From Rickettsiales bacterium (lineage in GTDB: Bacteria; Pseudomonadota; Alphaproteobacteria; Rickettsiales; UBA998): a stretch of 64,000 nt of DNA. Below are positions 57,690 to 64,000 of the stretch, in pieces; the first letter of the stretch is position 1, and each line of letters starts with the position of its first letter. The DNA lies in contig DAIPJH010000002.1 in assembly GCA_036770365.1 (NCBI GenBank), positions 33,014 to 97,013 of the forward strand, in the 5' to 3' direction. The translations under genes were made by a program, and so were the position numbers. The notes under the pieces are model-generated. The model was given only the letters and a program-made list of their open reading frames with translations, had not been told where the DNA came from and did not search any database.

Positions 57690-58817
57690 TTACCCTAGCC
57701 CTCTCCCACAATGAGCAAGAGGATTAACTGTGTACTCCTCTAACATATCTACACCTAGTTTTCTTGTAGAAAGATGCAAAAAACGCTGCATTTCCTGCAA
57801 AGACCGCCCACCATCTAGAAGAAAAGCTAGCTTTGCGCCTGCACCCATCACTAGTGGCGCACGAAACCAATAAAGCGTATCCACGAATCCTGATTCTAGC
57901 ATTGCTGTTGAAAGGATCGCCCCTGCTTCAACCAGCACAGAGGACACACCCTGAGACGCTAACCAACGCAAGACATCTTCACAGCTTGGTTTTTCTGTAG
58001 TTACGTGGTGTATAACTACACCCATTTCACGCAATCTATCCGCCTTCGCTTTATCATATTCCGCACCCGTAACAATCCACAATGGATAGAGATCAACCCC
58101 CTTCAACAACACAGAATCTTCCATTATTTTTAGATGAGAATCCATCACTACACGTACAGGTGACGCCGCGTCCAGCCCTGCAATACGACAGGTCAAGCTA
58201 GGATCATCTGCTAATACCGTCCCGATACCTGTAAGGATGACTTCATGGGTAGCACGTAAATGATGGCCGAAGTTACGTGCAGGCTCTCCAGTTATCCATT
58301 GGCTCTCACCTTTAGCATTAGCAACGCAGCCATCAAGCGAGGTCGCAACTTTCAGGCACACCCACGGCAGCCCTATACGTTCACGCTTAAAAAAGCCGCG
58401 ATGCTGCTGCGCCGCCTGCGCTTCACATAATCCAACATGCACGTCAATGCCTGCCTCGCGTAGCATGTGTATACCCGCACCATTGACTTGAGTATAAGGA
58501 TCACCACAGGCAATCACCACTCTTACAATACCACCATCAATGAGTGCCTGCGCACAAGGCGAAGTTTTGCCTAGATGCGCACAAGGTTCTAAGGTCACAT
58601 ACGCCGTTGCACCGCGCGCTGCTTCGCCTGCTTGTTCTAATGCTTGCGATTCAGCGTGAGGTCGACCGCCGTGCGCAGTATACGCCGCTGCAATCAAGAG
58701 ATTATCTTTGACAATGACACAGCCCACCGCAGGATTGGGCATAGTTCGCCCCTTTGCCCGTGCGCCATAAGCAAGGGCAACGTGCATCCAGTGGGAATCT
58801 TGCTCGTATAATGTCAT
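57690..58817 (-). CDS. ribD: bifunctional diaminohydroxyphosphoribosylaminopyrimidine deaminase / 5-amino-6-(5-phosphoribosylamino)uracil reductase
   Basis: The deaminase zinc motifs HAE...PCAHLGKTSPC are followed by a C-terminal reductase domain. Confidence 0.9.
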   Translation of the reverse strand: MTLYEQDSHWMHVALAYGARAKGRTMPNPAVGCVIVKDNLLIAAAYTAHGGRPHAESQALEQAGEAARGATAYVTLEPCAHLGKTSPCAQALIDGGIVRVVIACGDPYTQVNGAGIHMLREAGIDVHVGLCEAQAAQQHRGFFKRERIGLPWVCLKVATSLDGCVANAKGESQWITGEPARNFGHHLRATHEVILTGIGTVLADDPSLTCRIAGLDAASPVRVVMDSHLKIMEDSVLLKGVDLYPLWIVTGAEYDKAKADRLREMGVVIHHVTTEKPSCEDVLRWLASQGVSSVLVEAGAILSTAMLESGFVDTLYWFRAPLVMGAGAKLAFLLDGGRSLQEMQRFLHLSTRKLGVDMLEEYTVNPLAHCGRGLG

Positions 58818-58923
58818 ATATATGGATTCTCACGTCGTATTGTCTTGTTATACAAGACAATACTCCTCAGAATGACAAAACCTTCGGTCTTGTAGCTAAA
58901 AACTCAGACCTAACTACTAACCG

Positions 58924-59376
58924 CTACTTCTTCCCAAGTTCTTTAATAATCGTATTAAAGTCCGCTGCTTCTTCGAAGTCACGGTATACGGATGCGTAAC
59001 GAATATAGGCAACATGATCAAGTTTGCGTAGTGCTTCGACGACCAACTCACCAATTTTACCTGACTCAATTTCAGACTCACCAGATGTTTCCAACGCTTT
59101 CACAATACCATTAATAGCTTGCTCAACCGCCTCAGCATCCACATGACGTTTACGCAGAGCAAGTGCCATTGACCGTGCAATCTTATCGCGATCAAATACG
59201 CGCTTCTCTCCATTCTTCTTCACCACAGTCAATTCACGCAGTTGAATACGCTCAAAGGTGGTAAAACGAGAATCGCACTCAGGGCAAAAACGCCGTCTAC
59301 GAATCGTACCACCATCTTCACTCGGACGGGAATCCTTCACTTGGGTGTCGTGATGACCACAAAACGGACAGCGCAT
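58924..59376 (-). CDS. nrdR: transcriptional repressor NrdR
   Basis: [17 protein letters not shown] ... [17 protein letters not shown] is the zinc ribbon, followed by an ATP-cone. Confidence 0.95.
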   Translation of the reverse strand: MRCPFCGHHDTQVKDSRPSEDGGTIRRRRFCPECDSRFTTFERIQLRELTVVKKNGEKRVFDRDKIARSMALALRKRHVDAEAVEQAINGIVKALETSGESEIESGKIGELVVEALRKLDHVAYIRYASVYRDFEEAADFNTIIKELGKK

Positions 59377-59394
59377 AAAGCCCTCTTACCTTGT

Positions 59395-60744
59395 TTAACC
59401 TTGAACCAAACCAGTATAAATGGGGAAGCGTGCGCATAAATCCGCGACGGCCTTACGCGTTTTTGCTTCTGCTGCACTGTTATCGTCTGCATTTACGGCA
59501 AGACCATCCAGCACATCCCCAATCAAATGACCAATATGTTTAAACTCTTCGACACCGAAACCGCGTGTTGTTCCAGCAGGCGTACCAAGACGCACACCTG
59601 AAGTGACCATCGGTGGCTGCGGATCAAATGGAATCGCGTTTTTGTTACAGGTCAACCCTGCACGTTCCATAGATTCTTCGGTTTGTTTACCCGTTAGACC
59701 TTTTGGACGTAAATCAACAAGTACAAGGTGATTGTCCGTACCACCTGATACAATATTCACACCGCGCTCCACCAGCACTGCCGCTAGGGCGCGTGCATTA
59801 TCAATCACCGCATGACCATACGCCTTAAACGAAGGCTGTAATGCTTCACCGTATGCCACCGCTTTGCCTGCAATCACATGCACAAGCGGCCCACCCTGAA
59901 TACCAGGGAAAATTGCAGAGTTAATCGCAGCCGACAGCGTCACATCTTTACCAGATGGGGTTTTACGTACTACAATTTCGCCGTCCTTTGCTAAAATCAT
60001 TCCGCCTCGAGGCCCACGAAGGGTTTTATGGGTAGTGGTGGTGACAACATGCGCATGCGGCACAGGGCTTGGGTATGAACCCGCAGCCACCAACCCTGCA
60101 ATATGTGCCATATCAACCATAAAGAACGCACCGACTTTATCGGCAATCTTGCGAAAACGCGCCCAATCAATCACGCGTGGATAGGCAGAAAAACCAGCGA
60201 TAATCAATTTTGGCTTGCACTCAAGCGCGACGCGCTCAATTTCTTCGTAATCGAGTAACTGCGTATCTTCACGCACACCATACTGCACAGCTTTGAACCA
60301 TTTACCAGATTGATTCACACTTGCGCCGTGCGTCAAATGACCACCTGTTGCAAGCGACTGCCCCATAATGGTGTCACCTGGTTGCAAGAGTGCATTAAAT
60401 ACACCCTGATTCGCTTGTGAACCGGAATTGGGCTGTACATTGACAAACTCTGCGCCAAAAATCTGTTGTGCGCGGTCGATTGCGAGTGATTCAATCACAT
60501 CGGCAAATTCACAGCCGCCGTAATAACGTTTCCCTGGATAACCTTCAGCATATTTATTGGTAAGTACCGAGCCTTGTGCGTCAAGCACAGCGCGGCTGAC
60601 GATATTTTCAGAGGCAATCAACTCGATCTGCGTCTGTTGGCGATTTAGCTCGCCTTGAATTGCATTAAATACCGCTGAGTCTGCTTGACCCAAACGTGCG
60701 GTAAAATATCCGTCTTCTGCCACTGCCAATTTTTTAGCCAACAT
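59395..60744 (-). CDS. glyA: serine hydroxymethyltransferase
   Basis: [22 protein letters not shown] and [14 protein letters not shown] (PLP Lys) are present. Confidence 0.95.
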   Translation of the reverse strand: MLAKKLAVAEDGYFTARLGQADSAVFNAIQGELNRQQTQIELIASENIVSRAVLDAQGSVLTNKYAEGYPGKRYYGGCEFADVIESLAIDRAQQIFGAEFVNVQPNSGSQANQGVFNALLQPGDTIMGQSLATGGHLTHGASVNQSGKWFKAVQYGVREDTQLLDYEEIERVALECKPKLIIAGFSAYPRVIDWARFRKIADKVGAFFMVDMAHIAGLVAAGSYPSPVPHAHVVTTTTHKTLRGPRGGMILAKDGEIVVRKTPSGKDVTLSAAINSAIFPGIQGGPLVHVIAGKAVAYGEALQPSFKAYGHAVIDNARALAAVLVERGVNIVSGGTDNHLVLVDLRPKGLTGKQTEESMERAGLTCNKNAIPFDPQPPMVTSGVRLGTPAGTTRGFGVEEFKHIGHLIGDVLDGLAVNADDNSAAEAKTRKAVADLCARFPIYTGLVQG

Positions 60745-60904
60745 GTTTAGTAAATCCTATAGATAAAGTTACATTGAAATAGTCAAGATTACACAAAAAA
60801 GCCACTGAATATGGCGTTTACTGAACAATCATATATCTAAATATGGCGCGGTTATGCCATAAAAGCACAGTTTATGCTAGAAAAATTGTTCTGTTTGTGG
60901 TGCG

Positions 60905-61339
60905 TTAGCCCAGTTTTTTCACTCTCAGCGCATGCCGTCCGCCTTCAAACTCTGCACTTAAGAACTGCACCATACAATCTTTGGCGACTTCCACACCAAT
61001 GATGCGCGCACCGAGCGCAAGAACATTCGCATCATTATGCTGACGCGCTAATTTCGCCATTAAGCCATTATGACAAAGCGCGGCACGAATGCCTACGTGA
61101 CGATTAGCTGCGATGGAGATACCTACGCCTGAACCGCAGATAATCACCGCCACATCCGCCTTACCTTCCAACACCGCTTTTGCCGCTGCGTCACCATAAT
61201 CAGGGTAATCAACAGATGATGTACCATCCGCTCCTAAATCGAGCGCGACATAACCCGCCATCTGCGCAAGCACTATTTGTAATTCTTGCTTAAGTGCATA
61301 CCCTGCATGATCTGATGCGAATGCCACTGTGACTGCCAT
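60905..61339 (-). CDS. rpiB: ribose 5-phosphate isomerase B
   Basis: VAFASDHAGYALK ... ICGSGVGISIAANR ... HNDANVLALGAR. Confidence 0.9.
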   Translation of the reverse strand: MAVTVAFASDHAGYALKQELQIVLAQMAGYVALDLGADGTSSVDYPDYGDAAAKAVLEGKADVAVIICGSGVGISIAANRHVGIRAALCHNGLMAKLARQHNDANVLALGARIIGVEVAKDCMVQFLSAEFEGGRHALRVKKLG

Positions 61340-61427
61340 ACCATAACCTTTGATGAAATCTTATCTGAAGCCCTTTACCTAGCAAAGAAAAGAGGATTTG
61401 TTAAGATGAATCGCATAATGCTTGATC

Positions 61428-62225
61428 ATGCAGATATTCGCGTACCCTTTTTTTCTTACTTTTCTCGTGGCATGTATCGGCGCGTCATTAGGTAGCTTCA
61501 TTACACTGTTAAGCTATCGACTGCCACGCGATCAGCCAATTGGCATGACCCGCTCCCGCTGCCCATCATGCAAAACCAACCTTGGCGTTCCAGATCTTTT
61601 TCCCATTTTCAGTTGGCTATGGCAGCGCGGAAAATGCCGTCATTGCAAAACCAATGTCCATTGGCGTTATCCCCTCACAGAAATCATTAGCTCTGCCATT
61701 TTCATCCTCATATGGCTACAATACGACATTAGCTATCACAGCCTTGCCTTTATGCTGCTTGCAACACTACTTCTTACCCTCATTATCATTGATTTTGAAC
61801 ATTATATCATTCCTGATGAACTCCAAGTTGCCCTCGCGCTGCTTGGCATCACCTACCGCCTCACACTCACTCCCACCCATGCCATAGACCTCGTTCCAAG
61901 CGTCGCCCTCGGACTTGGCATAGGCTGGCTACTTCACTACGGATATTTTTTCCTGAGAAAAAAACACGGACTCGGCATGGGGGATGTTAAATTTCTTGCG
62001 GTGGCGGGACTATGGCTTCAACCACAAGATTTGATCTCCTTTTTTATTATCTCTGGCGTCCTTGGTGTTCTTACAGGCATGGCATGGCAGATTTGTGGCC
62101 TCGGCAAAAAATTTCCCTTTGGTCCTGCGCTTGCAGTAACGCTGTTTTTGCAATTACTTTTTCCTGAAACAACTAATATGCAACATTGGATAGACAGTTA
62201 TTTATATGCGACATCTATGCCCTAA
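61428..62225 (+). CDS. type IV prepilin peptidase (A24 family, PilD-like with N-terminal Cys-rich domain)
   Basis: CPSCKTNL...CRHCKTNV is the zinc-binding segment. The catalytic-Asp contexts are IIDFEHYIIPDE and GMGDVKFLA. The track ORF starts at TTG 61422; the first ATG is 61428. Confidence 0.85.
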   Translation: MQIFAYPFFLTFLVACIGASLGSFITLLSYRLPRDQPIGMTRSRCPSCKTNLGVPDLFPIFSWLWQRGKCRHCKTNVHWRYPLTEIISSAIFILIWLQYDISYHSLAFMLLATLLLTLIIIDFEHYIIPDELQVALALLGITYRLTLTPTHAIDLVPSVALGLGIGWLLHYGYFFLRKKHGLGMGDVKFLAVAGLWLQPQDLISFFIISGVLGVLTGMAWQICGLGKKFPFGPALAVTLFLQLLFPETTNMQHWIDSYLYATSMP

Positions 62226-62360
62226 AATCCACACTCAGCAACATAAATAAGCGGATTGACATTTCCCATTTGCACCGCACTCATAATCTGCTAAAAGCGA
62301 AATGTAGAGGTTTATTTTTACTAATGTACTATTAGTAGTAGGTCACAAACAAGGGGTTCT

Positions 62361-64000
62361 ATGCGTTTTAGCATAAAAAACATACTATTGACGGCATGCA
62401 TGGCGACGTACCTCACCGCCTGCGCTGGCACTGGCGGTCTCCTTGATACAGAAAAATTTGACAAGATTGATGGCGACAAAAACTTAAGTCGCAAAGACTA
62501 TAAAAATATCACTAAGCCCAATTTTGGAAAAACGGACTCCGAAATAGAAATTTCGGCTAAGGCTAAAGCTCCGCCGATTCCTGATGTTGCCTCCATTCTT
62601 GCTGCACCGCGCCCGCCCAAAGTTGGTCAGTCTCGTTTGGTATCGCTTGCAGTCACCGATGACGTCCCCCTCAAGGACGTGCTTATCGAGTTGGCGCGAC
62701 TTGCAGATGTTGATGTAGAAATTGATGCAGGCATTAAAGGTGGCATTAGCTTTCGCGCTAAAGATCGTCCGTTCAATGAAGTCATTGAGCGGATCGCTAA
62801 TCTAGCAGGTCTACGCTACAACATGAAAGGCGGCGTACTGCGCATTGAACGCGACGTTCCTTATATTCAAAATTATAGCCTAGACTTCCTTAACGTTGTC
62901 CGCAGTAGTGAAAGCAGCACGAGTATCTCTACCGATGTACTTGCACTCAGCAACTCCGCAAGCGGAGGAGAAGGTGGCGGTGGTGGCGGCGGAAGCGGCA
63001 TAAGTACAGGTTCATCCTCTTCAATTACGGCCAAAGGTGAAGATGATTTTTGGAAATCTCTAGAAGGTGGAGTTAATCAAATTCTTCTTTATACTCCAAC
63101 ATCAAAGCTTTCTGAGGAAGATGTTGACGACACCGCAAAAGCGGCTACTCCCGCCGCTGCTGCCGCTGGCACAAAAGATGATTCCAAGCTGGTAATCAAC
63201 CGCCGCGCTGGGGTGCTTTCGGTCAATGCTACAGCCAAACAACATGAATTAATTAAATCTTACCTTGATAAGTTAGAAACATCTTCCTCGGCGCAAGTAC
63301 TTATTGAAGCAAAAATCGTTGAAGTTTCACTCAATGATGAATTTAGTAGTGGGATTGACTGGAGTGCCACAAAGCAGTTTGCCACACTTAACGTCAAAGA
63401 AAGTGTTCAAAATTCTGAAGATAATTTGACCACGCTTGCCTTAGGCAGTAACAATCTATTCGGGATTGACCTCAACGCTGCAGTTCAGCTTACTGAAAAT
63501 TTTGGGACAACGCGTACCTTATCCAGCCCACGCCTCCACGCCATTAATAATCAACAAGCCGTGCTTACTTTTGCTGAAAACCGTATTTTCTTTGAAGTAC
63601 AGATCAAAACAACACCCGCAACCATCGTCAATGGTGAGGTCGTTGAAAAAGCTTCAACAGAAACAGAAGTAAAAAGAAGATCCGTTCCCATTGGGATCAT
63701 TCTTAATATTCTTCCTTCTATTAACTTAAAAAACAATGAAGTCACCCTGAACGTTCGTCCGACCTTATCACGCCAAGTATCCAGTGTTGTTGACCCAGGT
63801 TCTGCGATCGCCAACCAAAAAGCTCTGGCAGAAGACCCGAACGCACCAACGTTTGTTAATGAAGTGCCAGTGGTAGAGGTTCGTGAACTTGACTCTGTAC
63901 TGAAAATAAAAAGTGGTCAAGTCATGGTCATTGGTGGTCTAATGGAAGAAACGGCGGGCAATGATGAAAAGGGTATCCCTGGAGCATCACGCGTGCCGTG
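62361..64000 (+). CDS. secretin-family lipoprotein (PilQ/MshL-like), 5' partial, runs off the right edge
   Basis: Not in the track because there is no stop in the window. My translation from ATG 62361 gives MRFSIKNILLTACMATYLTACAG (lipobox) ... VLIEAKIVEVSLNDEFSSGIDW ... LSSPRLHAINNQQAVL ... VPVVEVRELDSVLKIKSGQVMVIGGL ... GIPGASRVP. These are typical secretin motifs, and 546 codons are open. Confidence 0.8.
   Translation, partial: MRFSIKNILLTACMATYLTACAGTGGLLDTEKFDKIDGDKNLSRKDYKNITKPNFGKTDSEIEISAKAKAPPIPDVASILAAPRPPKVGQSRLVSLAVTDDVPLKDVLIELARLADVDVEIDAGIKGGISFRAKDRPFNEVIERIANLAGLRYNMKGGVLRIERDVPYIQNYSLDFLNVVRSSESSTSISTDVLALSNSASGGEGGGGGGGSGISTGSSSSITAKGEDDFWKSLEGGVNQILLYTPTSKLSEEDVDDTAKAATPAAAAAGTKDDSKLVINRRAGVLSVNATAKQHELIKSYLDKLETSSSAQVLIEAKIVEVSLNDEFSSGIDWSATKQFATLNVKESVQNSEDNLTTLALGSNNLFGIDLNAAVQLTENFGTTRTLSSPRLHAINNQQAVLTFAENRIFFEVQIKTTPATIVNGEVVEKASTETEVKRRSVPIGIILNILPSINLKNNEVTLNVRPTLSRQVSSVVDPGSAIANQKALAEDPNAPTFVNEVPVVEVRELDSVLKIKSGQVMVIGGLMEETAGNDEKGIPGASRVP

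Noticed and set aside
62940-63000. GGN-rich tract encoding a poly-Gly run in the secretin
   Set aside because: It is consistent with a flexible linker between secretin N-domains. It is not a repeat element or a frameshift-prone homopolymer.

Overview
This 64-kb window reads like an alphaproteobacterial chromosome. That is my inference from gene order (rpiB-glyA-nrdR-ribD-ribE-ribBA-ribH-nusB-thiL, secB-tim44-mltA-smr, an NDUFAF5-like methyltransferase); the species cannot be named without a search. The window has two very different parts. (1) Positions 1-10767 are a visibly AT-richer genomic island abutting the 3' end of an initiator tRNA-Met gene (10768-10844, minus strand). Its backbone is a tyrosine integrase, small HTH/Xis-like genes and a toprim primase + DUF3987 ATPase pair, which resembles P4-type satellites. 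Its cargo is dominated by nuclease-type genes: a small DUF559/Vsr-like ORF preceded by a structured GC-richer RNA leader carrying a three-copy complementary motif, a wHTH + Mrr-like nuclease, and a serine recombinase. It also holds a tightly coupled three-gene operon that runs off the left edge (sce7726-like PD-(D/E)XK protein, Beta-protein/sce7725-like protein, zinc-ribbon protein of the RES/HEPN-associated type). That operon and the RNA-preceded nuclease module are my best candidates for undescribed conflict/anti-phage systems. The far end of the island is outside the window. (2) Positions 10.8-64 kb are ordinary core genes. They include an orphan HExxH protein, an Rrf2 regulon, a yhiI-rbbA-yhhJ-type ABC exporter, comF, motAB, three Tad-type pseudopilin genes (one with an extensin-like Pro-rich tail) and an arginine succinyltransferase (AST) operon with an M20 hydrolase where astE would be expected. 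Further along are ppx/rlmE, asmA, a PagL-like gene, a hybrid histidine kinase, pgsA, secB-tim44-mltA-smr, an OmpR/HK pair, a fused glycosyltransferase, the thiL-nusB-rib-nrdR-glyA-rpiB block, a prepilin peptidase and a partial secretin. I saw no rRNA, CRISPR array or IS/transposase. All calls rest on motif recognition by eye and hand-counted coordinates. No database search, RNA folding or GC computation was run.
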